A DNA stretch of 64,000 nucleotides from an uncultured Clostridia bacterium (GCA_944390365.1 CALXPW010000001.1:57907-121906), one strand, 5' to 3'. Numbered from the stretch's first letter, positions 22,232 to 31,329 are shown. Notes: generated by a model from the sequence alone, not told the origin. Numbers and translations are program-made.

Positions 22232-23267
22232 CTTTTAATATTTCTATATTCTCTTTCATAGCATTTATATATGCATCCTTATCTAAGCTTCCTGTTAATC
22301 CAGAATTTAATGCATATATTTCTGCATTAGTTTCATTTGCTATTGTTTCAGCATTTGCCCTATTATCGTTTTTGTCAATTATAATTATTTTTATATCTTG
22401 AGTATTTGCCATATCTATTATATTTCTTAAAGTTTCTGCAGACATTGTACTTTCTTCGTGGTCAGTTTGAATACTTGTAAGCTGAAGTCCTATATCTCTC
22501 CCCATATATTCAAATGCTTCGTTTAAGCATATAGCCCTATCGTCTTTTAAGTATTCTAATTGGTTTTTAAATTCATTTTTTAATCTATTAAGTTTTGCAA
22601 TATATGCCCTTCTATTAGCTTCATATATAGCTTCGTTTCCTGGATCAAGCCTTTTTAACTCTATTGCTACTGTTTGTACTTGTTTAAGGTAATTATCTAT
22701 ACTTGTCCAAATATGAGGATTAGTTTCGTCTTCATCCAAAATTGGATTTTCTATTTTTGCACTAGAATCGATTACATCCATATCTTGATTTGCTTCAATT
22801 AGTTTACTTATAAAACTTTCCATTCCTAATCCATTAGAGATAAAAATATCGGCATTCTCTACTTTTTTTATATCCTCTGTTTTTAAAGTATAGTCGTGCA
22901 AGCATCCCACGTTTACATCTGCCATATTTGTAAGTTCAACATTGCTTGCTCCATCCACCAAATTTTCTGCTATTATATACATTGGATAAAATGATGTAAC
23001 TATTTTTGTAATACCATCATCTTTGTTTATATTTTTATTTCTATTTATATTCAATACTGCAATTACAGTAATTAAAACCAATACTACAATTGCTATTGCA
23101 ACGTATTTTATATATTTTGAATACTTTGCATCTAGTTCTATTTTTAATTCTTCCTCTGACTTTGTTTTATTATTTCCCTTTTCATTTTTTGTTTTATTGT
23201 TTTTCTTGTCTAGCTTAGTTTTCTTTTTTTCCTTCTCTGACTTTGTTTTCTCATTTTTATTTGGCAT
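22221..23267 (-). CDS. Metal ABC transporter substrate-binding protein (ZnuA/TroA family) with a Lys-rich N-terminal extension
   Basis: Cluster-9 SBP fold markers (HDYTLKTEDI..., DIFISNGLGMESF). The N-terminal ~50 aa are K/N-rich low complexity, followed by a TM anchor. Confidence 0.8.
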   Translation of the reverse strand: MPNKNEKTKSEKEKKKTKLDKKNNKTKNEKGNNKTKSEEELKIELDAKYSKYIKYVAIAIVVLVLITVIAVLNINRNKNINKDDGITKIVTSFYPMYIIAENLVDGASNVELTNMADVNVGCLHDYTLKTEDIKKVENADIFISNGLGMESFISKLIEANQDMDVIDSSAKIENPILDEDETNPHIWTSIDNYLKQVQTVAIELKRLDPGNEAIYEANRRAYIAKLNRLKNEFKNQLEYLKDDRAICLNEAFEYMGRDIGLQLTSIQTDHEESTMSAETLRNIIDMANTQDIKIIIIDKNDNRANAETIANETNAEIYALNSGLTGSLDKDAYINAMKENIEILKGVN

Positions 23268-23370
23268 AGATTATCTCCTTTTTTCTTAAATCATACAATA
23301 CAATAATACCATTTTTTGTATTATTTTTCAATATTTATATGATATGGACTAAGATTTTTTTACAAAAAAT

Positions 23371-23419
23371 ATAAGTGTAATTAATTATAAAATTATTTAT
23401 TATAATCTTTACACTTATA
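23371..23419. promoter_or_regulatory. AT-rich palindromic candidate operator upstream of the znu operon (possible Zur/Fur-family box)
   Basis: ATAAGTGTAA-N29-TTACACTTAT with a perfect 10-bp inverted repeat. The interior TTATAAAATTATTTATTATAA is itself quasi-palindromic. It lies ~110-150 bp upstream of the znuA-like start. Confidence 0.25.
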
Positions 23420-23456
23420 TTTCTTTTAATTATTAAATTAATAACTTCCTTTTTTA

Positions 23457-23741
23457 TTATTCAGCTGTATATGGTAATACTGCTATTTGTCTTGCTCTTT
23501 TTACTGCTAGTGTTATATCTCTTTGATGTTTTGCACAAGCTCCTGTTGCTCTTCTTGGAAGTATTTTGCCTTTATCATTAACAAATTTTCTTATTTGATC
23601 AGCATTTTTATAATCTAATACTAAATCTTTATCTGCACATAAAGGACATACTTTCTTTCTCATTTTTCTGAATTTTGGATTGTAATCACTATCAGTATTA
23701 TTGTTTCTATTATTTCTTCTATTCTTTTTGTTGTCTGCCAT
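23457..23741 (-). CDS. rpsR: 30S ribosomal protein S18
   Basis: The C-terminal region ([36 protein letters not shown]) is characteristic of S18. Confidence 0.9.
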   Translation of the reverse strand: MADNKKNRRNNRNNNTDSDYNPKFRKMRKKVCPLCADKDLVLDYKNADQIRKFVNDKGKILPRRATGACAKHQRDITLAVKRARQIAVLPYTAE

Positions 23742-23794
23742 TTAACTCTACCCCCTTCGTCTAAACTTTCTATACTCTATTTTTTTCTTACACA

Positions 23795-24223
23795 TTAAAA
23801 TGGTAAATCGTCTCCTGAAGATATTTCAAAATCTGAATTTCCACCAGCATTTGGCATTGCTCCAAATGTAGCATCAAAATTTGCAGATGATACGTCTGCA
23901 TCTCTTTTGCTATCTGCAAAATATGCTTCTTCTGCAACAACCTCTGTTACATAATGCTTTTGTCCTTGGTCATCATCCCAAGTTCTAGTTTGAATTCTTC
24001 CTATTATACCTACTTGTTGACCTTTTTTGAAGTATTTGCTACAAAACTCTCCAAGCTTTCCCCAAGCAACAATATTTATAAAATCTGCTTGTCTTTCTTC
24101 TCCTTGTCTTACAAATCTTCTATTAACTGCTAAACTAAAAGAAGCTACAAGTGTGTTACTTGTTTGTGTATATCTAACTTCTGGATCTCTAGTTAATCTT
24201 CCCATTAAAATTACTTTGTTCAT
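23795..24223 (-). CDS. ssb: Single-stranded DNA-binding protein
   Basis: OB fold (MNKVILMGRLTRDPEVRYT...) and the acidic tail DDLPF. Confidence 0.9.
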   Translation of the reverse strand: MNKVILMGRLTRDPEVRYTQTSNTLVASFSLAVNRRFVRQGEERQADFINIVAWGKLGEFCSKYFKKGQQVGIIGRIQTRTWDDDQGQKHYVTEVVAEEAYFADSKRDADVSSANFDATFGAMPNAGGNSDFEISSGDDLPF

Positions 24224-24279
24224 ATTTTACACCTTTTACCTTTCTTAAGGCCCCCGAATGGGTTATAGTAATTTTATTA

Positions 24280-24558
24280 CTATTTTTTAACAACTATGAA
24301 TTTGATTATTTCATCAGTGATTCTATAGTTTCTTTCAAGCTCTGCAATTAGTTTTGGATTAGCTTCAAAGTCATATACTACATAGTATCCTTCTTTGTTT
24401 TTGTTAATTTCATAAGCTAATTTTTTCTTTCCTAATTCATTAACTTGTTCTACTTTTCCATCAGTGTTAATTAATGTTTGGAATCTTTCTATTAACTCCT
24501 TTAGAGCATTTTCTTCAACATTAGGATTAACAATGATAACACTTTCGTATTTATTCAT
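24280..24558 (-). CDS. rpsF: 30S ribosomal protein S6
   Basis: MNKYESVIIVNP... with a GGAGG RBS 9 nt upstream of ATG 24558. The ORF-track start at 24576 is an extension. Confidence 0.9.
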   Translation of the reverse strand: MNKYESVIIVNPNVEENALKELIERFQTLINTDGKVEQVNELGKKKLAYEINKNKEGYYVVYDFEANPKLIAELERNYRITDEIIKFIVVKK

Positions 24559-24864
24559 TCTTTTACACCTCCTCATGGATATATAACCTATGAACTAGTC
24601 ATAAGTAAGGATTAAAAAATAGCAACGCTATTTTTTTAACGCTACTATTCTATCATCATTTTATAAAAAAATCAAGTATAATTTGGTAAATTTACATAAT
24701 CTTTTTTCTCTGAGTTGACACATTTTCAAAAATATAGTAATATACTATCTATAACTTTAAGAATAGCTTTACAAATAATAAAAATTTATAAAGAGAGGAG
24801 TTATCATTTTTTAACCAGAATTATATAAATATAGTAATTGTTTAAATAGATTTGGTTATTGTTT

Positions 24865-25050
24865 TAGCGCCTGGACATAGGGTATTTCTTTTAGTTTTAA
24901 CTAAAAATTTATTAAATTCACTATGTTGACGAGGTAGAGGCTTATCGAAAGATTCGGCGGATGGTCTCTTGGTACTAGATTACTACCACAAATATTAGTT
25001 AAAGCCTTGCAGTGATGCAAGTATACAAAGCTAATAGAGTAGTCTTTATT
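24865..25050 (+). ncRNA. glmS ribozyme: glmS ribozyme (GlcN6P-dependent self-cleaving riboswitch)
   Basis: A cleavage-site motif A|GCGCC is at 24865. The conserved core GTTGACGAGG-tAGAGG-CTTATCGAAAGATTCGGCGGATGGTCTC matches the B. subtilis glmS ribozyme core. It lies immediately upstream of glmS. Boundaries are approximate. Confidence 0.8.
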
Positions 25051-25127
25051 TGTAATGCTTTCTTAAAAATAGGTGTTCATAAATTTATATTAAACAAGAA
25101 CACTTTTAACTTTAAGGAGGTATTTTT

Positions 25128-26981
25128 ATGTGTGGTATTGTAGGATACGTTGGTAGCAAAAAAGCTACACCTATACTAATTGATGGTCTTTTATGTTTGG
25201 AGTACAGAGGTTATGACTCTGCCGGAATTGCAACTATAGAGAAAGATGTAATTAAGGTTATGAAAGATAAAGGTAGAGTAAATAACTTGTATAATTTGGA
25301 AGGAATAAATGATTTAGAGGGAACTGTGGGTATTGCGCATACTAGATGGGCAACACACGGCAAACCATCTAAAGAAAATTCTCACCCTCATATGGATAAT
25401 AGCAATACATTTGCAGTTGTTCATAATGGTATTATCGAAAATTATTCTGAACTAAGAGATTTTTTAAGTTCTAAAGGATATAATTTTATCTCTCAAACAG
25501 ATACAGAGGTTATTCCTAACTTAATACATTATCATTATACAAACGGACCTGAATCTGTAATTGAGGATAATCACGAAAGAGTTTTAACTGCAGTAAAATC
25601 TGCTGTACAAGATTTAAAAGGAAGCTATGCAGTTGAGGTTATTTCCCCTCTATGCCCTGATGAGGTTATTGTGGTTAGAAAGGATAGTCCACTTGTTATA
25701 GGAAAGGGTACAGATGGAAATTATATAGCATCAGATATTCCTGCTATATTAAAGTACACTAAAGATTTTTATTTATTAGATGATAATGAATTTGCAGTAG
25801 TTACTGCTGATAAGGTTAAATTTTATGATAATAGCCTAACAGAGCATAACAAAGCAATTAAAAATATTGAATGGGATGCAAATGCAGCCGGAAAAGATGG
25901 ATATGAAGATTATATGCTTAAAGAAATTTTTGAGCAACCATCTGCTATAAGAGAAACAATCGGTTCAAGATTCCGTTTAGGAGAAAAATGTTCTTTTGAT
26001 GATATGGATATTTCTAAAGAGTATTTGAGCAAAGTAAATAAAATATACATTGTTGCTTGTGGTACAGCAATGCACGCTGGATTAGCTGGCAAAAATTTAA
26101 TAGAAAAACTTTGCAAAATTCCTACAGTGGTAGATATTGCATCAGAATTTAGATACAGAGACCCACTTATTGATGAAAATACACTTTGTATATATATAAG
26201 TCAGTCTGGTGAAACAGCTGACACCATTGCAGCTTTAAAACTTGCTAAATCTAAAGGTGCCAAAACCCTTGCAATTTCTAACGTTATTGGAAGCTCTATT
26301 ACAAGAGAGGCAGACTATTCTATTTACACTCACGCAGGCCCAGAAATTGCTGTTGCATCTACAAAGGCATATACTTCACAAGTTGTTCTGCTTGCAATTC
26401 TCGCAATGCATTTTGCTGAAATATTAGGAACTTGTGATGCAGCTTGTATAGAAAGCTTGAAATCTGACTTGATAGATTTACCATCTAAAGTAGAGCAAAT
26501 ATTAGACAACATAGATATAGTTAAAGCTTTTGCAGAAAAAGTATATACAGAAAAAGATATGTTCTTTTTAGGCAGAGGCACAGATTATAATGTTGCATTA
26601 GAGGGATCTTTAAAATTAAAAGAAATATCTTACATCCATTCAGAAGCTTATGCTGCAGGTGAATTAAAGCACGGCCCAATAGCACTTATCGAAAATGGTG
26701 TAACAGTTGTAGGTATTATTACAGACGACAAATTGGTTGAAAAATCTATTAGCAACATTCAAGAAGTTGTTACAAGAGGAGCAAAAACTTTAATTATTAC
26801 AAATCAAATATTACCTAACAGTCACTTTGATTACGTAATAAATATTCCAAAAACTAATCCTCTAATTTCACCAATACTTTCTGTTGTACCAATGCAACTT
26901 TTGTCTTACTATATTGCTAAGGCTAAAGGATTAGATGTAGATAAACCACGTAATCTTGCGAAATCTGTTACAGTAGAGTAG
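25128..26981 (+). CDS. glmS: Glutamine--fructose-6-phosphate aminotransferase
   Basis: N-terminal MCGIVGY (Ntn amidotransferase), two SIS domains and the C-terminal ...AKSVTVE. 617 aa. Confidence 0.95.
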   Translation: MCGIVGYVGSKKATPILIDGLLCLEYRGYDSAGIATIEKDVIKVMKDKGRVNNLYNLEGINDLEGTVGIAHTRWATHGKPSKENSHPHMDNSNTFAVVHNGIIENYSELRDFLSSKGYNFISQTDTEVIPNLIHYHYTNGPESVIEDNHERVLTAVKSAVQDLKGSYAVEVISPLCPDEVIVVRKDSPLVIGKGTDGNYIASDIPAILKYTKDFYLLDDNEFAVVTADKVKFYDNSLTEHNKAIKNIEWDANAAGKDGYEDYMLKEIFEQPSAIRETIGSRFRLGEKCSFDDMDISKEYLSKVNKIYIVACGTAMHAGLAGKNLIEKLCKIPTVVDIASEFRYRDPLIDENTLCIYISQSGETADTIAALKLAKSKGAKTLAISNVIGSSITREADYSIYTHAGPEIAVASTKAYTSQVVLLAILAMHFAEILGTCDAACIESLKSDLIDLPSKVEQILDNIDIVKAFAEKVYTEKDMFFLGRGTDYNVALEGSLKLKEISYIHSEAYAAGELKHGPIALIENGVTVVGIITDDKLVEKSISNIQEVVTRGAKTLIITNQILPNSHFDYVINIPKTNPLISPILSVVPMQLLSYYIAKAKGLDVDKPRNLAKSVTVE

Positions 26982-27003
26982 TTTGAATTTTAATATAATT
27001 TAA

Positions 27004-27060
27004 AAAGAGGTTGATTAAAATATGCTTAAAAAGCTCAAAAATCAGCCTCTTATCTTTGTT
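27004..27060 (+). terminator. Terminator after glmS
   Basis: AAGAGGTTGATT...AATCAGCCTCTT long hairpin followed by a T-rich tract. Confidence 0.45.
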
Positions 27061-27111
27061 AAGTTTTACATTTGTAATTATGTATATTTTTATGATTTAT
27101 AATAAAAGAAT

Positions 27112-27454
27112 TTAATTAAATAATTGATTGAAATAATTAAAAATTTCTTTTTTATGTACTTTAAAAAAATTAGTCTTATCTTGCCTTACATTAAAAATAT
27201 ATCTGATATAAATAATATTTTCTTCTTCTAGAATAAAATAAATGATTCTAAACTTTTCGCAAATTCGTTCTCGATAACGTTTATCAGGTATTTCAAGAAC
27301 GTATCTACCAATATACGGAAAATCTTGTAGCTCCTCAATATATGAACGAATTTTTTTATAAAATTCTAATTGCATAACTCAGTGATATTTTCGAATTATA
27401 GTCAAATAATTCTAATAAATCACTTCTAGCTCTTTGCGTTATTATAACTTTCAT
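27112..27454 (-). pseudogene. RelE/ParE-family type II toxin disrupted by a frameshift
   Basis: The 32-codon N-terminal frame (MKVIITQRARSDLLELFDYNSKISLSYAIRIL*, start 27454, overlapping the antitoxin stop by ~29 nt) shifts by +1 into the 87-codon ORF. That ORF carries the RelE/ParE core (KKIRSYIEELQDFPYIGRYVLEIPDKRYRERICEKFRIIYFILEEENIIYIRYI). Confidence 0.55.
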
Positions 27455-27623
27455 ATACCTCCTCCATTTCAGCTTTTACTTCGTCTAATGTATATACCCT
27501 ACCATTTTTTATATCATCTTCACTTTCTTGGAGTTTTGCAAAAAATACTAAATTATATATAATATCATATAGAGTATTTTCTTTTGTGTTAATTTGATTT
27601 AAAGTTTTTTTCATAAAATCCAT
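27426..27623 (-). CDS. RelB/DinJ-like antitoxin (RHH-type)
   Basis: 65 aa ending in the RelB-like GRVYTLDEVKAEM. AAAGGAGG lies 9 nt upstream. The 3' end overlaps the toxin start, which is the classic type II TA arrangement. Confidence 0.5.
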   Translation of the reverse strand: MDFMKKTLNQINTKENTLYDIIYNLVFFAKLQESEDDIKNGRVYTLDEVKAEMEEVYESYNNAKS

Positions 27624-27639
27624 TTATATAAACCTCCTT

Positions 27640-27852
27640 TTAATTTGGCTTTTTGTCTTCAAGCATCTCTTTTAATGTTTCATAGTTCAAATGCTTATCA
27701 GTGCCTGGAATAATAGTTGTTTCATCTTCTCCATATCTTTTTATATATTCCATCATTAGTTTAAATACCATTTCTGTTGGCTTTAAGCCATCAAAATAAT
27801 CATCAGGTACAGAATTAACAATATCTATCATTCTCTGCTTTACATTTGGCAT
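27640..27852 (-). CDS. Hypothetical 70-aa protein packed tightly upstream of the TA pair
   Basis: The ORF ends 16 nt before the antitoxin start. No family recognised. Confidence 0.35.
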   Translation of the reverse strand: MPNVKQRMIDIVNSVPDDYFDGLKPTEMVFKLMMEYIKRYGEDETTIIPGTDKHLNYETLKEMLEDKKPN

Positions 27853-27880
27853 ATTTTCTGGCTCCTTTCTTTAAAATATG

Positions 27881-28192
27881 TTAATAGTATACCATAAAAA
27901 AATTTAAATTACTACAATTTACCCGTAAAATTATTTTTAAAATTATAAGTAATAGTGCCCCTGGTAATCCCAATAATCCCACAAGTACAGATGTTAATAT
28001 ATTCAATCCAATATGAAAGCCAAAATTTGCACCAATTAAATTTATAATAAATATACACACGCCACCAAGAACGGAGTTAAATACCAATTTTAATATGCTT
28101 TTTAGTGGCCATATAAATATTTTTCCTAATATAAATAAAACGATTATACAAGTTAAAATAGTTATAACTGAATTAAAGTCCAATTTAATCAC
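27881..28192 (-). CDS. bofA: Pro-sigma-K processing inhibitor BofA
   Basis: Two TM helices and the C-terminal LGLPGALLLIILK, which is typical of BofA (compare LGIPGIAALVVIK). The neighbouring YaaL-like gene matches B. subtilis yaaL-bofA synteny. Confidence 0.6.
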   Translation of the reverse strand: MIKLDFNSVITILTCIIVLFILGKIFIWPLKSILKLVFNSVLGGVCIFIINLIGANFGFHIGLNILTSVLVGLLGLPGALLLIILKIILRVNCSNLNFFMVYY

Positions 28193-28242
28193 CTCTTTAA
28201 ATGCTCTTACTTATTTTTATGATTAAATTTGGACAAATATTA

Positions 28243-28518
28243 CTATGCTTTATTTTTTCTTATATAAATTTCATTTATCATATCTAAAACTATACCCTTT
28301 TTTTGTGCTTTCTTCATTAAGTAATCTAATTTTGTTTGATTTGCTTTTATTTGATACGAGTAGTAATCTATAAGCCCCTCTTCTGCAAATTCAAAATTTT
28401 TTTGAGCTGAATCCAATTCATTTTTAGTTTTTATTATACTTACAATAAGCTCTAAATTTTTCTCTTCTTCCGACTTGTCCTCAATTTTATTTTCTCTTAC
28501 ATATTCTTGATATGACAT
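28243..28518 (-). CDS. YaaL-like (DUF2508) sporulation-associated small protein
   Basis: 91 aa. Assigned mainly by position next to bofA and by size and pattern. Confidence 0.35.
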   Translation of the reverse strand: MSYQEYVRENKIEDKSEEEKNLELIVSIIKTKNELDSAQKNFEFAEEGLIDYYSYQIKANQTKLDYLMKKAQKKGIVLDMINEIYIRKNKA

Positions 28519-28637
28519 AGGCTACCTCCATTATTTATAAACTAATTATTACCATTATATGCAGTTACTGTAAAATTATTCGTCCTTTATTGCTAAATTA
28601 AGTGTATTATGTGTTCTGAATTTTATATTTTTGCAAT

Positions 28638-28829
28638 AGGTTAGAGTAAACTTCTAAAAAAAGTATTTCAAATATGTCGGTCCAGCTACTTTCTCGTAGA
28701 AATTCTAAATTGATTTTATGGCACCCTTCCATCAGAGATGAACTCTTTCCATAAAATCAATCGAGAATTTCTAACTCAAAGTACTCTCCATTCCATATTT
28801 TCATACTTTTTTTATAAGTCCACTCTAAC
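28638..28829. repeat. Palindromic repeat family 2, copy 1 (192-bp long-hairpin element)
   Basis: The ends GGTTAGAGTAAACTTCTAAAAAAAGTATTTCAAATATG and CATATTTTCATACTTTTTTTATAAGTCCACTCTAACC form an inverted repeat. An inner inverted repeat GTAGAAATTCTAAATTGATTTTATGG / CCATAAAATCAATCGAGAATTTCTAAC surrounds a ~27-nt centre. The second copy is at 51764..51954, ~95% identical. Confidence 0.85.
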
Positions 28830-29054
28830 CTAAATCAAATAAAATTTTAGCTTATTTAGAACACATAATATACTAATTTAGCAATAATTTTACCCCTTGT
28901 ACCAAATTTTCTTGATTTTTCCATAAAAAAATGATACTATACTTAAGTATAAAGATTGTATAACAATAATAAATAAAATAATTAACTATAATACTTACAT
29001 TATAATTTTTAGAAAATAATTTTGAGCATTTAATTGCTCAGGTTGGAGGTTTAT

Positions 29055-30341
29055 ATGATAGACATTAAATTTTTAAGAGAGAATCCAGATGCAGTTAAAG
29101 AAAACATCAAGAAAAAATTTCAAAACCATAAACTAGTTTTGGTTGATGAAGTTTTAGAGCTTGACAAGAAGAACAGAGATGCAAAACTTGCAGGCGATGA
29201 TTTACGTATGAAAAGAAATTCTTTAAGTTCTGAAATAGGTAACCTAATGAAAAACGGAAAAAAGGACGAAGCTGAAAAGATAAAAGCTGAAGTTCAAGAA
29301 ATAAATAAAAAACTTGAAGAAAATGAAAAATTAGAAGCTGAATATTCTAGCCAAATAACAGAAAGAATGATGAAAATCCCAAATATGATTCACGAATCTG
29401 TTCCTATTGGCGAAGATGATAGCAAAAATGTAGAAATAGAAAAATTTGGAGAGCCAGTAGTTCCAGATTATGAAATTCCATATCATGCAGACATAATGGA
29501 AAGTTTTAATGGTTTAGACTTAGACTCTGCACGTAGAGTTGCAGGAAATGGATTTTACTATCTAATGGGAGATATTGCAAGACTTCATTCTGCAATTTTA
29601 TCTTATGCAAGAGACTTTATGATAAATAAAGGCTTTACTTATTGTGTGCCACCTTTCATGATTCGTAGCGATGTTGTTACAGGTGTTATGAGTTTTGAAG
29701 AAATGGATGCAATGATGTATAAAATAGAAGGTGAAGACTTATATTTAATTGGAACTAGTGAGCATTCTATGATAGGAAAATTTAAAGGACAAATTCTAAA
29801 AAAAGAGGATATGCCATATACTATGACTTCTTATTCTCCATGTTTTAGAAAGGAAAAAGGAGCACATGGTATAGAAGAACGTGGCGTTTACCGTATACAT
29901 CAATTTGAAAAACAAGAAATGATAGTTGTATGTGAGCCAGAAGATAGTTGGAAATGGTATGACAAGTTATGGTCATATACAGTAGAACTATTTAGAAGTA
30001 TGGATATACCTGTTAGAACACTTGAATGTTGCAGTGGTGACCTAGCAGACTTAAAAGCTAAAAGTTGTGATGTTGAAGCTTGGAGCCCAAGACAAAAGAA
30101 ATATTTTGAGGTTGGAAGTTGCTCTAACTTAACAGATGCACAAGCAAGACGTTTAGGAATTAGAATTAAAGGCGAAAAAGGCAACTACTATGCACATACT
30201 TTAAACAATACTGTAGTTGCTCCACCACGTATGCTAATTGCTTTCTTAGAGAACAATTATAATGAAGATGGTAGTGTAAATATACCAGAAGTACTTCGTC
30301 CATATATGGGTGGAACAGAAAAATTAGTACCAAAAAAATAG
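29055..30341 (+). CDS. serS: Serine--tRNA ligase
   Basis: An N-terminal coiled-coil arm followed by the class II core. The start is MIDIKFLRENPD at 29055 with a GGAGG RBS. Confidence 0.95.
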   Translation: MIDIKFLRENPDAVKENIKKKFQNHKLVLVDEVLELDKKNRDAKLAGDDLRMKRNSLSSEIGNLMKNGKKDEAEKIKAEVQEINKKLEENEKLEAEYSSQITERMMKIPNMIHESVPIGEDDSKNVEIEKFGEPVVPDYEIPYHADIMESFNGLDLDSARRVAGNGFYYLMGDIARLHSAILSYARDFMINKGFTYCVPPFMIRSDVVTGVMSFEEMDAMMYKIEGEDLYLIGTSEHSMIGKFKGQILKKEDMPYTMTSYSPCFRKEKGAHGIEERGVYRIHQFEKQEMIVVCEPEDSWKWYDKLWSYTVELFRSMDIPVRTLECCSGDLADLKAKSCDVEAWSPRQKKYFEVGSCSNLTDAQARRLGIRIKGEKGNYYAHTLNNTVVAPPRMLIAFLENNYNEDGSVNIPEVLRPYMGGTEKLVPKK

Positions 30342-30349
30342 CAGAGTGC

Positions 30350-30390
30350 GTGGACAAGAGGGACTACTGCCTTTTGTCCACACTTTTGCT
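30350..30390 (+). terminator. serS terminator; copy 1 of the GTGGACAA...TTGTCCAC hairpin
   Basis: GTGGACAAGAGGGACTACTGCCTTTTGTCCAC followed by ACTTTTGCTT. A near-identical hairpin occurs at 50948..50979. Confidence 0.6.
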
Positions 30391-30522
30391 TAACTTTCTT
30401 TATAATAATAAGATAATAGTTAAATTTGTGGACAATAGTAAGGAGTTAGTTTAAATTGAAAGAAATTCTTCATTACAATGTGTGCTTTTAAAGCAAAATA
30501 CGAGAAAGGAATGAAATTTAAG

Positions 30523-31104
30523 ATGATAATTAAAAATCCAGAATTTAAGATTTCTGCAGTTAGTCCTAAGCAATATCCAAATGATGGTTTACCTCAAATT
30601 GTTTTAGTTGGTAAATCTAATGTAGGTAAGTCTTCTTTTATAAATACTATGGTAAATAGGAAAAAACTTGCTAGAACAAGTAGTGAGCCCGGAAAAACTA
30701 GACAAATAAATTTTTATAGTATGGATAACAAGTTTTATTTTGTAGATTTACCCGGATACGGCTATAGTAAGATGTCTAAAGAGGAGCAAGTTCGTGTTGG
30801 TAGCTTTATAGAGGAGTATTTAAGCAAATGCCAAAATATTGCTTTAATAATATTCTTAATTGATATTAGGCATTCTCCAACAGAAAATGATAGGCTAATG
30901 TATAATTATGTTATAAATGCAAATAAGCCTTGCATAATTATAGCAAATAAGGCAGATAAAATTGCTGTAACTAAGGTAGATGCACAAGTTAAAGCTTTGC
31001 AAGATGAACTAAATCCACTAAAAGATTTTACCTTTTTACCATTTTCAGCAGAAAGACGCATTTACAGTGAGAAAGTTTGGGAAGAAATCGAGAAATTTAT
31101 TTAG
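30523..31104 (+). CDS. engB: Ribosome-biogenesis GTPase EngB/YsxC (YihA)
   Basis: GKSNVGKSSFIN (G1), DLPGYGY and NKADK motifs. The start is chosen at MIIKNPEF by alignment with B. subtilis YsxC; ATG 30511 or 30478 remain possible. Confidence 0.85.
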   Translation: MIIKNPEFKISAVSPKQYPNDGLPQIVLVGKSNVGKSSFINTMVNRKKLARTSSEPGKTRQINFYSMDNKFYFVDLPGYGYSKMSKEEQVRVGSFIEEYLSKCQNIALIIFLIDIRHSPTENDRLMYNYVINANKPCIIIANKADKIAVTKVDAQVKALQDELNPLKDFTFLPFSAERRIYSEKVWEEIEKFI

Positions 31105-31140
31105 TTCTTAATTTGTTGTATTATGTAAGTCTTATAGCGA

Positions 31141-31279
31141 GCAAAGTAGGCTTAAAATTTTTCTTTGAGTGCTTAGGGTTGGCACCAAAAAGCATACAAA
31201 GTGTTTAACGAACGTTAGTGAGTTAATACAATTTGTGCGATGTTGGGGGCCGAAAAGAAAAATTTTAAGCCTACTTTGC
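31141..31279 (+). repeat. Palindromic repeat family 1, copy B (more diverged)
   Basis: TIRs GCAAAGTAGGCTTAAAATTTTTCTTTG / CAAAGAAAAATTTTAAGCCTACTTTGC. Degenerate core GAGTGCTTAGGGTTGGCACC...ACAATTTGTGCGATGTTGGGGGCCG. Confidence 0.75.
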
Positions 31280-31329
31280 TTGTTTAGTATATTTTTTATG
31301 TAAATTTATTGACTTTACCAGCTTTTTGT

